Assembly (NCBI GenBank): GCA_049510745.1
Contig: JBEKYR010000002.1
Coordinates: forward strand, 218,924-282,923
Length of the DNA: 64,000 nt
Direction: 5' to 3'
DNA from: Verrucomicrobiota bacterium
GTDB lineage: Bacteria > Verrucomicrobiota > Verrucomicrobiia > Limisphaerales > Palsa-1400
The position numbers and the translations under genes are program-made. Positions 50,401 to 58,920 of this stretch are shown here, piece after piece (within the stretch, counting starts at the first letter, position 1; each line of letters begins with the position of its first letter). Below the pieces are notes generated by a model. The model did not search any database. It was not told where the DNA came from and saw nothing but the letters and a program-made list of their open reading frames with translations.

Positions 50401-50668
50401 CGGGCAATTGAAGGACGGCAGCGGCCAAGCCGTTGGAAGCGCCGGGGCGGAGGGCATCGGCCAGGGCGGAGCGGAAGAAGCGGTCCCTTGAAGCCAGGGC
50501 GAAGCTGGCGCGGCCAATCCGGGCCAGAGCCAAGGCGCGCAAACTTTCGCGGACGCAATCGCCCAGCGCCAGCGCGCCCACCAGAATGGCGCTGGCCACC
50601 GTCACCCCCAGCAGCGTGCCCAAGTGGCTGCGGGCGTGGAAACGCAAATTGGCCCGGAACAAGTTCAA
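47420..50668 (-). CDS. FtsX/MacB-type ABC permease (duplicated, 1082 aa)
   Basis: Two FtsX-like TM blocks (EVGILLALGW; ERRGELALLAAVGF) and large periplasmic domains; TTG start. Confidence 0.88.
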   Translation of the reverse strand: MNLFRANLRFHARSHLGTLLGVTVASAILVGALALGDCVRESLRALALARIGRASFALASRDRFFRSALADALRPGASNGLAAAVLQLPGTATTPDDSARANRVQILGVDEHFWALAQRPPPFGEIPADSVVLNAALARQLRVKIGDAVVLRIQKPSLLSLEAPISPREDVSAGLRLTVSGIAGDAELGRFGLQAGPAPPLNAFVRLSFLQEKVDLPGRANLLLTAGPAPDLKQHWTLADADLELREVPGGLELRTGRVFLDPAVTRAAAGWMPELVLTYFVNELRDGERTTPYSMVTAASAPLVPAEMPDYEIILNQWLADDLQAKAGDDVRLTYFVAGVAHRLEEKQDHFRVRAVVPMEGPTADRTLMPDFPGIAKAEKTENWDAGFAIDMQKIRPKDEQYWKQYRGTPKAFVTLAAGRRMWGNRFGDLTGIRFASGSREAIKRALLAKLDPASIGLMFAPVREQALAGSSQSEDFGGLFLGFSFFLIAAALILLALLFHFGLEKRATEVGILLALGWPPAQVRRLLLLEGAAIALAGGLLGVAGGVLYARATLYGLVTMWRAAVAESPLQFHVTAQTLILGGAAGFLISMLVIWFALRAQVKRPARELLEQGAELEREIPTEIPRRRWAGWIALGSGLGALAMIASALAKRDHADVEAFFFGGALFLISGIAGAALWLRKLAARVAARPLTLTSLGVRGCSRQPRRSVAIVALLASASFLIVAVEANKLDATRDSGQRSSGTGGFAFVGESSLPIVQDLDTTAGREFFGLDEKSLRGVSVMPLRVRDGDDASCLNLNRAQTPRLLGVKPEQLQSRNAFTFTALADPSDAAQPWLMLEKSGNEIPAIADQATITWALHKKIGDTVTYTDEHGQPVRVRLAGAVANSILQGSLLISETAFTRHFPGETGYRMFLIDAPPKEEAAVAAALSRALRDRGLELTAAAERLNAFNAVQNTYLTIFQVVGGLGLLLGSAGLGVVVLRNVLERRGELALLAAVGFRPRALRWLVVSEHAALECLGLALGLGAAFLAVLPALLSPGAQISCASLAATLGLVFLSGVFWTWAAARLALRGELLPALRNE

Positions 50669-50709
50669 GATTCAGAGTTCAACGTTCAAAGTCTATGCGA
50701 TTTCCAGGC

Positions 50710-50917
50710 GGTTTGCCGTAGAAATCTTTTGGGCGACGAACCAATCATGCTGTCATATGACAGTATGTCTTTTCTTGGTTGCCGTAGAAATCTTTTGGGG
50801 CGCAAATCTATCATACTGTCCTATGACAGCATGGCTTCTCCGGATTGCAATAGGAACCTTTTGGGGAGTAAAGTGCTAAAAAACTATCATGCCGTCATAT
50901 GACAGTATGGTTTCGGC
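50710..50917. repeat. Three degenerate tandem units (65-76 bp), each with a 22-bp palindrome
   Basis: Units begin GG(T/A)TTGC..TAG.AA.CTTTTGGG; palindromes at 50746-50767, 50812-50833 and 50888-50909. Confidence 0.9.
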
Positions 50918-50953
50918 GGTTTGCGGTCGAAACCTGAAACCTACCTATGGGGG

Positions 50954-50987
50954 TACAAACAGAAGGCCGGGATTTTAACCCGGCCTC
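50954..50987 (-). terminator. Terminator-like hairpin downstream of the 19-aa ORF
   Basis: Minus strand GAGGCCGGG-TTAAAAT-CCCGGCCTTC followed by TGTTTGT. Confidence 0.6.
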
Positions 50988-51018
50988 TTGTCTGAGAACA
51001 AAACGCTTTTGAAATCGT

Positions 51019-51078
51019 TTAGCAGACCAAGGCAGCGCCGCGGAACATTACGCTGACACACACACACGGAAACCGCAT
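51019..51078 (-). CDS. Putative leader peptide MRFPCVCVSVMFRGAALVC
   Basis: ATG 51078 to TAA 51019; followed by two overlapping hairpins. Confidence 0.4.
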   Translation of the reverse strand: MRFPCVCVSVMFRGAALVC

Positions 51079-51165
51079 TTCGCCCCGTCAACTGTGAACA
51101 CTCTACCTCATCCCGGAAAAGCCGCCAGTCACCAGTACTGGGGACAAACGAATAAAAAGATCCAA

Positions 51166-51194
51166 TTGTCTTTTGTAGAACATCCTGCTACATT
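51166..51194 (+). promoter_or_regulatory. TA operon promoter with operator-like inverted repeat
   Basis: TTGTCT-17-TACATT with extended TGn; TGTAG-N9-CTACA overlaps it; ATG follows 5 nt later. Confidence 0.6.
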
Positions 51195-51199
51195 TTGCC

Positions 51200-51493
51200 A
51201 TGCTTACAAAGCCGATGCCGGTCCGATTCGAGCCGGAACTGCAAGCCATGCTGCAAGAGGGCGCGCGCCGCACCCCTCACAAGAAGCAGGAACTGATTCG
51301 CATCACGCTGCGCCGTTACCTGCCCAAAGTGATCGAGCAGGAAGCGGGAAAACCGAAACGAAAACGACTCACCAACATTGAGCCGTGGTCCAAGAGCACG
51401 CTGGAAAACGCCTACAAGAAAATGAGCGCGGAATGGGACGCCCTGGAAGAAGCCGCCACCAAAGCGCAGGGCAAGCCTGATTTCAACGACTGA
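51200..51493 (+). CDS. Ribbon-helix-helix antitoxin candidate
   Basis: PMPVRF.PEL...L...A......KQELIR..L; TGATG overlap with the toxin gene. Confidence 0.7.
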   Translation: MLTKPMPVRFEPELQAMLQEGARRTPHKKQELIRITLRRYLPKVIEQEAGKPKRKRLTNIEPWSKSTLENAYKKMSAEWDALEEAATKAQGKPDFND

Positions 51494-51819
51494 TGAAACC
51501 CTGGGACATTTACACCTTTGTTTTTCCCGAGGCCGACTCGCACCCCGCCGTCATTCTCGGCACGGAAACCCGGCTGGCCAACAAACCCAAAGTCAATGTG
51601 CTCTTCTGTTCCAGCAAACGCGCCACTCGCCAGCCGGTCGAACTCGAGACGATACTCGATGAAGCGGACGGGTTGGATTGGGCCACGCTTTGCAAATGCG
51701 ATTTGATTTTCGCGGTGCCCAAGGAGCAACTGAAGGACAAACGCGGCACGGTTTCCCTTTCCCGACGCCGGGTCATCGCCGAAAAGGTCATCCGCGCATT
51801 AGGTTTTGCCGGAATCTAG
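51493..51819 (+). CDS. PemK/MazF-like toxin
   Basis: MKPWDIY...HPAVIL...GLDWAT..CD.I..V.K..L....G.V pattern. Confidence 0.7.
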   Translation: MKPWDIYTFVFPEADSHPAVILGTETRLANKPKVNVLFCSSKRATRQPVELETILDEADGLDWATLCKCDLIFAVPKEQLKDKRGTVSLSRRRVIAEKVIRALGFAGI

Positions 51820-51900
51820 CCTCTCGCCGCGGGCGACGATTGAGCGCCGCGCGTTTTCACTGGCAAAACTTCCCGTTTATGGGAGTATGATGGCAGCATA

Positions 51901-54900
51901 ATGACATCCGCACTCAAGGACGTGAGAACGACTGCGCGAACCCAGTTTGCCCTGCTGATTTATTTTGGGCTGGCCATCACATTGGTTGGCCAGATTTCCA
52001 CGGCGCCGTCCGCCGCCGCGCGCCACAAACTCCAGGTCCGCGACCACGCCCTGGCCGCGACGATTGCCGCCGCGGGCGGCCGCTTGATCGCCGATTACGG
52101 CGGCTATCAGCTTTATGACGCACCCGCCACCGTTACCAATTTTCCCCCCGAAAAGGCGGAGGCGCGCGACGATTACAACGCCATTCTCCTCAACGCCAGC
52201 CGCCTCGACAGCTCCAAGCCGGAAACGCAGGCGCTGCGCAAAACGGCGGGCGGCTTTGCCGGAAAACGCCTGCACCTGGTCCAGTTCGCCGGACCGGTCC
52301 AGCCTGACTGGCGCAAGGCGCTGCTCGGGGCGGGCGCGCAAATTGTCAGTTACATCCCGCAGAACACTTTCCTGGTCTATGGCGATTCCAACTGCATCGG
52401 GCGCGTGCAGGCGATGGCCGCCGCGGCTCCGCATGTGCAATGGGACGGCGCCTATTTGGATGAGTACAAAATCCATCCGGCAGCGCGCCGCCAGCCGGCC
52501 ACAGCGGATCAGTTTGCCATCCAATTGGTCGCGGATGACACCGCCAATGCCGGCACGCTCCAATTGATCGACCAACTCAAGCTGGCCCCCGTCCAGCGCC
52601 AGAACCATTTCTTGCACTACCTGAACATCGTGGTCCGAATTGCCCGCGCCAATCTCGCGCAAATTGCCGCGCGGCCCGATGTGATTTCGATTCAACCCTA
52701 TGCCACGCCGAAAAAGGTGTGCGAGCGGCAGGATCAGATAGTGGCGGGCAACTTGTCGGGAAACACTCCGAGCGGGCCGGGCTATCTGAACTGGCTGGCC
52801 GGCAAAGGATTCAGCCAGAGTCAATTTGACCAGTCCGGTTTTGTGGTGGATATGTCCGACAGCGGCATCGATAACGGCACCACTTCTCCGAACCATTTCG
52901 GCCTCTACCCCGGTGGCAACACCAACGGTCCGAGCCGGGTGGTTTACAATCGGCTCGAAGGAACGCCCAACAACCCTGGGAGCACAATTGAAGGCTGCGA
53001 TGGCCACGGCAACCTCAACACCCATATCGTCTGCGGCTACGATAACGGGAGCGTTTTTCCGTTTGTCGATAACGCCGGGTATCATTATGGCCTGGGGACA
53101 TGCCCGTTTGCGCGGGTGGGGTCGTCGGTCATCTTTGACCCCTCCAGTTTTACCAGCCCGATCTATTCGGAGCTGATGTCACACGCGTACGCCGACGGCG
53201 CCCGCATCTGCAATAACAGTTGGGGGGGCGGCAACGATGGATTGTACGATCTGGACGCGCAGGAATACGACGCGTTGGTGCGCGACGCCCAACCCGCCGG
53301 TTCGGCCTATGCCGCCGCCGGGAATCAGGAGATGGTGATTGTTTTTGCGGCGGGCAACGACACCAATGCGATCACGGCGCCGGGCACGGCCAAAAATGTG
53401 ATTACGGTCGGGGCCGGGGAAAATGTGCAACTTTTTGGCGGCGCGGACGGGTGCGGCACGACCGACGCCCAGGCAAACAATGCCAACGCGGTCATCTACT
53501 TCTCCGGCAGCGGGCCGTGCGCCGATGGACGGCACAAACCGGACCTGATCGCCCCCGGAACGCACGTCAGCGGCGGCGCGCCGCAGGCGGCCAACCCCGG
53601 ACCGGACGGAACGGCGGACCCCTGTTTTCTCAGCGATGCCAGTGGCGTCTGCGGGGGCGTGGGCACCGACTTATTCTTCCCCGCCAACCAGCAGTATTAC
53701 ACCGCGTCCACCGGCACGAGCCATTCGACGCCGAGCGTTTCCGGCGGTTGCGCCCTGCTGCGGCAGTATTTTATCAACCAATCCAATACCCCGCCCAGCC
53801 CGGCCATGACCAAGGCCTACCTGATGAATTCGGCCCGCTACATGACCGGCCCCAGAGCCGGCGACACGCTTTGGTCGGAAACCCAGGGAATGGGAGAGTT
53901 GGACCTGGGCATGGCGTTTGACGGCACGCCGCGCGTCCTGCGCGATGAAGCAGCCGACGATCTGTTGACGGCCAGCGGCCAGACCCGCGCCTTTACCGGC
54001 GTGGTGGCCGACTCCACCAAGCCCTTTCGCGTCACGGTCGCGTGGACCGACGCCCCGGGCAGCACGACGGGCGCGGCCTACAACAACGATCTCGACTTGA
54101 CGGTCACGGTCGGCGGCAAGACCTACAAGGGCAACGTTTTCAGCGGCGCCACCTCCGTCACCGGCGGCTCGGCGGACGCGGTGGACAACGTCGAGAGCGT
54201 GTTTCTTCCGGCGGGGGTTTCGGGCGCTTACACCGTCACCATCACCGGGACGAGCATCAATTCGCCGGCCCTGCCCAACGCCGACAATGAAGCGAACCAG
54301 GATTTTGCGCTCGTCATTTACAACGCCGGCAGCGCCCCCACCCTGGTGGCGGGAAACGCCAACCTGATCCGGGAAAGTTGCGCCCCGACCAACGGCGTGA
54401 TCGATCCCGGCGAAACCGTGACGGTGGCGTTGGGCATCCAGAATATCGGATCAGGCTCCACCACCAATCTGGTGGCGACCTTGCTGGCCGGCAACGGGAT
54501 CGCGTTCCCGACCAACGCTCAATTTTACGGCGCCTTGGCGGCCGGCGCCGGCACCAGCGCCGACTTTACCTTCGAGGCCGACGCCGCCTGCGGGGATTTC
54601 ATCACCGCGACGTTGCAGTTGCAGGACGGCGCGGCGAACCTCGGCACAGTCAGTTATTATTTCCAACTGGGAGTGCTGACGGTGCTGACAAACTTTTCCG
54701 AGAATTTCGACGAAGTGACCCCGCCCAACTTGCCCAACGGGTGGAGCACGTCGGGGACCAGCGGCTTTACCCTGTGGAGCACCGAGTCCGGGGTGAGCGA
54801 CAGCGGCGCCAACGCCGTGTCTTGTCCGGATTCCGCGTCAGTCGGCGAGGTCATTTTGTATTCGCCCGGCATTTCGCTGCCCGCTTCTCCGTGGCAACTG

Positions 54901-57309
54901 AGCTTCCGCCAAAGCTTCAATCTCGAGGATACCTATGACGGCGGCGTGCTGGAAATCAGCATCGGTGGCGGAACGTTCACCGACATTCTCGCGGCCGGCG
55001 GCAGCTTTGTCACCGGTGGTTACGTCGAACAGATTTTGAATGAGGGGAGCCGTCGGAGCGACCCCTTGCAGGGACGGGAGGCTTGGAGCGGAACATCGGA
55101 TGGTTTTATGACCACCCTCGTCAATCTTCCCACAGCCGCCCAAGGGAAAAGCATTCAACTGCGCTGGATTTGCGGGACGGATTACGAAAACGCGAATTTG
55201 ACCGGCACCGGCGGTTGGTGGATCGACAGCGTTCTCATTAGTCGAACGAATTTTGTGTGTTGCAACTCGACCGAAAACGCCTTCCCCACCCTTCTCATCC
55301 CGACCAACGGTTACCAATCCAGCGGCACGATCGTCGAAGTCAGCGGCACAACCACTAAAGGGGCGGCCATCACCGTCCTTGACAATGGTGTCTCGAACAC
55401 AACCGTCACCGCCGATGCCGTCGGCATCTATGAGGCTTTTGCGACGCTGCCGGTGGGGACCAATTTCCTGTCGGTGACGAATAACGGCACGACCGATGTG
55501 AGCGGCACGGTGACGATCATGGTCTTCCCCGCGCCGCCGACCCTGAAGGTGGCCGGCATCGCGACCTCGCCCGTTGCCATCAGCGGAACGGGCGCTCCGG
55601 GGGCGGTCATCAATTTGTTGACCAACGGCGTTTTGCTGGCACAGTTTACTGTGAATTCCGCGGGCGCTTACTCGGGTTCGATCACGCTGCCCCTCGGGTC
55701 CTATTCCCTCGCCGCGACCGAAACATTGTCGAACCTGACCAGCATCGAGCAGGCTTCCGCTTCGCTGGAAGTGGTGCTTGTCCTGCCGCCGGTCGTGCTC
55801 TTCCCGCCCGATGGATTTGTCACCAACAAAACTTCGCTTAAAGTTACCGGCACCGGGGACAGCGGCGCAACCATCACCCTCTATGACGGCGCGACCCCCT
55901 TGGGCACGACGACGGTCAACAGTTCGGGAAAATTCAGCCTGGCGCTGAAATTGGCCAGTGGCACGCATGAGTTGACCGCGACGCAAATCCAGGGCGGCGT
56001 CAGCAGCCCCGCGAGCGCGGCGGTCACGGTCACGATCTATCTGGCGCCGGTGATTGTGCTGCAACCGCTGGACCAGGTCGGCTTCCTCAAGGGCGCCGTC
56101 GTCTTTTCAACCTACACAGAGGGGGCCGCTCCGTTGCGCTATACCTGGAAGAAAAACGGCGCGGCCATCGCCGGTGCCGTCAGCTCGAACCTGACCCTGG
56201 GGAACCTGACGGCGAAAAGCGCCGCTGATTATCAACTGATCGTGGCCAACACCTATGGCAAAGCCACCAGCGCGGTGGCGGGGTTGAGCTTGGCGGTCAA
56301 TCCCTTTACCAATGCCAATTCAGCCGGCGCCTATTACGGCTTGTTTGCGGAGAGCAACGCGCAGTTCCAGAGTTCCGGTTACTTGACACTGACCCTGACA
56401 TCGCTGGGCAAATTCAGCGCCCGCATTTTGAGCGCCGGCGGCTCGCACAGCTTTTCGGGCTTGTTCAACATCCACGGCCAGGCGTCGGCCAACGTGCCGC
56501 GCGGCGCGGGCAAGGAGCCGTTGGGAGTGGAGATGAATCTGGACTTGACCAAGGGCACGCAACGAATCACCGGCGTAGTCTCCAACACCAATTGGACCGC
56601 CACCTTGCAGGCCGACCGCGCCGGTTACAGCGCCACCAACCCCTACCCGTATCACGGCAAGTACACCTTGCTCCTGGGCGGCACGAACGACGGCACCGCC
56701 GCGCCCGGCGGGGACGGTTATGGCACTGTCACTGTCAGTGCCGGGGGACTGGTTTCGCTGCACGGCGTGCTCTCGGACAACACGAGCGTGGCGCCTTCGC
56801 CTGCCGCCATCTCGCAATACGGCCAATGGCCCCTTTATATTCCGCTTTATGGCAAGCTCGGCTCGCTGGCGGGATGGATTTTCCCCATTACCCCGTCGAA
56901 CAGTTTCGCCGGGTCCGCCGCCTGGTTTCGCACCGGTCCCGCGGGCAAGCTTTACCCGAAGGGTTTCACCAACGCGCTTTCCACCAGCGGCTCGGCCTTC
57001 GCGCCCGGCAACCGGGAAACGCCCGTCCTGGACGTGACGAATCTGGCGGTGGTCTTGAGCGGCGGCGGCCTGGCCGGCGCCCTGACCAACGACGTCACCC
57101 TTTACAACGGCGGCAGGTTGCTCACCAACGGCGGCGGCATCCCGCGGCTGACGCTGTCCGTCAACCCGTCCACGGGCGTCCTCAGCGGCAGTTTCGAGGA
57201 CACGGGCCGGACGGCGGCGATCAAAGGCGTGGTCCTGCAGGAGCAAACCAACGCGGCCGGCTTTTTCCTCGGCACAAACGCGGCGGGAAGTTTTTTATTG
57301 ACTCCATGA
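51901..57309 (+). CDS. Large secreted S8 subtilase with Ig-like repeats
   Basis: MSDSGID / GHGNLNTH / TGTSHS, FAAGN, KPDLIAPG; Ig-like repeats; I-set-like YTWKKNG...YQLIVAN.YG. Confidence 0.88.
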   Translation: MTSALKDVRTTARTQFALLIYFGLAITLVGQISTAPSAAARHKLQVRDHALAATIAAAGGRLIADYGGYQLYDAPATVTNFPPEKAEARDDYNAILLNASRLDSSKPETQALRKTAGGFAGKRLHLVQFAGPVQPDWRKALLGAGAQIVSYIPQNTFLVYGDSNCIGRVQAMAAAAPHVQWDGAYLDEYKIHPAARRQPATADQFAIQLVADDTANAGTLQLIDQLKLAPVQRQNHFLHYLNIVVRIARANLAQIAARPDVISIQPYATPKKVCERQDQIVAGNLSGNTPSGPGYLNWLAGKGFSQSQFDQSGFVVDMSDSGIDNGTTSPNHFGLYPGGNTNGPSRVVYNRLEGTPNNPGSTIEGCDGHGNLNTHIVCGYDNGSVFPFVDNAGYHYGLGTCPFARVGSSVIFDPSSFTSPIYSELMSHAYADGARICNNSWGGGNDGLYDLDAQEYDALVRDAQPAGSAYAAAGNQEMVIVFAAGNDTNAITAPGTAKNVITVGAGENVQLFGGADGCGTTDAQANNANAVIYFSGSGPCADGRHKPDLIAPGTHVSGGAPQAANPGPDGTADPCFLSDASGVCGGVGTDLFFPANQQYYTASTGTSHSTPSVSGGCALLRQYFINQSNTPPSPAMTKAYLMNSARYMTGPRAGDTLWSETQGMGELDLGMAFDGTPRVLRDEAADDLLTASGQTRAFTGVVADSTKPFRVTVAWTDAPGSTTGAAYNNDLDLTVTVGGKTYKGNVFSGATSVTGGSADAVDNVESVFLPAGVSGAYTVTITGTSINSPALPNADNEANQDFALVIYNAGSAPTLVAGNANLIRESCAPTNGVIDPGETVTVALGIQNIGSGSTTNLVATLLAGNGIAFPTNAQFYGALAAGAGTSADFTFEADAACGDFITATLQLQDGAANLGTVSYYFQLGVLTVLTNFSENFDEVTPPNLPNGWSTSGTSGFTLWSTESGVSDSGANAVSCPDSASVGEVILYSPGISLPASPWQLSFRQSFNLEDTYDGGVLEISIGGGTFTDILAAGGSFVTGGYVEQILNEGSRRSDPLQGREAWSGTSDGFMTTLVNLPTAAQGKSIQLRWICGTDYENANLTGTGGWWIDSVLISRTNFVCCNSTENAFPTLLIPTNGYQSSGTIVEVSGTTTKGAAITVLDNGVSNTTVTADAVGIYEAFATLPVGTNFLSVTNNGTTDVSGTVTIMVFPAPPTLKVAGIATSPVAISGTGAPGAVINLLTNGVLLAQFTVNSAGAYSGSITLPLGSYSLAATETLSNLTSIEQASASLEVVLVLPPVVLFPPDGFVTNKTSLKVTGTGDSGATITLYDGATPLGTTTVNSSGKFSLALKLASGTHELTATQIQGGVSSPASAAVTVTIYLAPVIVLQPLDQVGFLKGAVVFSTYTEGAAPLRYTWKKNGAAIAGAVSSNLTLGNLTAKSAADYQLIVANTYGKATSAVAGLSLAVNPFTNANSAGAYYGLFAESNAQFQSSGYLTLTLTSLGKFSARILSAGGSHSFSGLFNIHGQASANVPRGAGKEPLGVEMNLDLTKGTQRITGVVSNTNWTATLQADRAGYSATNPYPYHGKYTLLLGGTNDGTAAPGGDGYGTVTVSAGGLVSLHGVLSDNTSVAPSPAAISQYGQWPLYIPLYGKLGSLAGWIFPITPSNSFAGSAAWFRTGPAGKLYPKGFTNALSTSGSAFAPGNRETPVLDVTNLAVVLSGGGLAGALTNDVTLYNGGRLLTNGGGIPRLTLSVNPSTGVLSGSFEDTGRTAAIKGVVLQEQTNAAGFFLGTNAAGSFLLTP

Positions 57310-57325
57310 GCGCCTGATCCAACGG

Positions 57326-58846
57326 TCAGGGCGCCGTTCTGGCGCGCACGTCCAGCGGATCAATCGTGGCGGGCGGCAAGGCGGCGGCGGCCTGGCGCAG
57401 GAGCGGCGCGTGTTCGGGCCGGCTCAGGAGCGCCGACACGTTGTCCTGCCGCCAAATCAACGCGTAGCCCTGCGCCGCCAGGTCTTCCGGGCGCAGGCGT
57501 TCGGTCTGTAGGTCCAGGATGACATAATCGACCTTGAAATCGCGGCAGAGGCGGAGCCAATCGCCTTGATGATCGAAGAAATCATTGTTGAGCGCGAAGG
57601 TGGATTCCGGGAACGTGGTCTCGTAACGGCCATCCATCGAGATTTTGATTTTAGGATGGAGCCGCCAAGCCACGTAACTGCCCCACGCGAAGGGCGTCGC
57701 CACATTGCCGGTTGCGCCCGCGCGTGAAAGAATATCCACCTCGCGCACGGGGTCTTCGCCCACCGGCGCCAGCGGTTGCATTGAGGCGCCGGGGAGAAAG
57801 CGAACGGCGGCGAACAAGGCGAGGGCGGCGTAAAGAATGCCGAGGGCGAAGAGGGGATTGAATTTCCAGCGCGCCGGGAAGCGTTGCAGGGCCGCTTCAA
57901 AATAAGGGCCGGCAAAGGCCAGCGCCGCCGCCCCCAAAAAGGGACCATGCCGGCGGCTGCGCCAGCCCAAATAGGCGGCCAGCGCCAGCACCGCCAGACC
58001 CAGAAAATTCTTCCGGGAAACCCCCCGCCAGCCCGCCGCCAGCGCGATGAGTGTCAAGACAAACATGAGGCGGAAGCCCCAAAAATCGTCCCAGGCCAGG
58101 AGCGGCGGCGGGCGCCATTCTGCGATGCGGGCGCGGGGATGAAGCAGGGCGGGGATCAGGTAGCGCCAGAAATTCAGGCCGTAAGGATTGACCAGCGTGA
58201 CGGCGGCGCAGGCGGCGGCGGTGAAAATCATCAGCCCGGCATTCTTCCGCAACGCGCAGCCCGCGGCGCAATAGAGGAATATGACCGCCAGTCCCACCAC
58301 GAAACCGCCGTGAAGATTGGCCCAGGCCATCATGCCCAGCGGCAGGGCGGCGGCCGGCCAGCGCCGTCCGCGCCACAGTTCCTCGAGCGAAAACAGCGTT
58401 CCCGCAAAAAGAAAAAACGTGAACGCATGGCAGCGCACGACCGGGATGTAACCCGTCAGAATGGACGCCGCCGCGGGAATCGAGACCAGCAACAACACAT
58501 TGACGCCGCATCCCTGCCGCCGGCCCGTCAGGAACGCCAGCGCCAGCAAACCGAGCGCCAGGACGATTTTGAGGAGCATCAGTCCCGGCGGGCCGAACGC
58601 TTGCAGCAAGGCGTAGAAGACGACTCCCGCCCCCCATTCGTGATCGATGTATTCGGGCAGGACGGGGGTGAACGCATAGACGTCATGGTGGAGGATGTGT
58701 CCGGTGTTCCAGAACGTCTCCCCAATGGCCAGCTTGGCCCACAAATCGCCGTCGGTGATATTGTGAAACGCCAGCGCGGTGGCAAAAGCGCACGCGCCCA
58801 GCAGGGCGAGGGAACATTGCGCCAGGCGCGTTTGGCTCTCGGTCAC
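57326..58846 (-). CDS. Polytopic membrane protein (GT-C-like)
   Basis: DGDLW..L..G, HEWG, WANLHGGF, NPYG, EW, DGRYE; many TM segments. Confidence 0.7.
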   Translation of the reverse strand: MTESQTRLAQCSLALLGACAFATALAFHNITDGDLWAKLAIGETFWNTGHILHHDVYAFTPVLPEYIDHEWGAGVVFYALLQAFGPPGLMLLKIVLALGLLALAFLTGRRQGCGVNVLLLVSIPAAASILTGYIPVVRCHAFTFFLFAGTLFSLEELWRGRRWPAAALPLGMMAWANLHGGFVVGLAVIFLYCAAGCALRKNAGLMIFTAAACAAVTLVNPYGLNFWRYLIPALLHPRARIAEWRPPPLLAWDDFWGFRLMFVLTLIALAAGWRGVSRKNFLGLAVLALAAYLGWRSRRHGPFLGAAALAFAGPYFEAALQRFPARWKFNPLFALGILYAALALFAAVRFLPGASMQPLAPVGEDPVREVDILSRAGATGNVATPFAWGSYVAWRLHPKIKISMDGRYETTFPESTFALNNDFFDHQGDWLRLCRDFKVDYVILDLQTERLRPEDLAAQGYALIWRQDNVSALLSRPEHAPLLRQAAAALPPATIDPLDVRARTAP

Positions 58847-58920
58847 GGCTCCGAGGGTAAGAGGCGGAAAGCGAGAAAATCAAGTTTGACATGCTTCCGG
58901 GATCGTGGAGTCATGTCGGC

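Noticed and set aside
50710..50917. Possible mini-CRISPR array
   Set aside because: The inter-palindrome segments resemble each other rather than being unique spacers, there are only three units, and no cas genes are present.
51055..51068. (CA)n microsatellite as a phase-variation tract
   Set aside because: Only about five units; explained by Cys-Val codons of the putative leader peptide.
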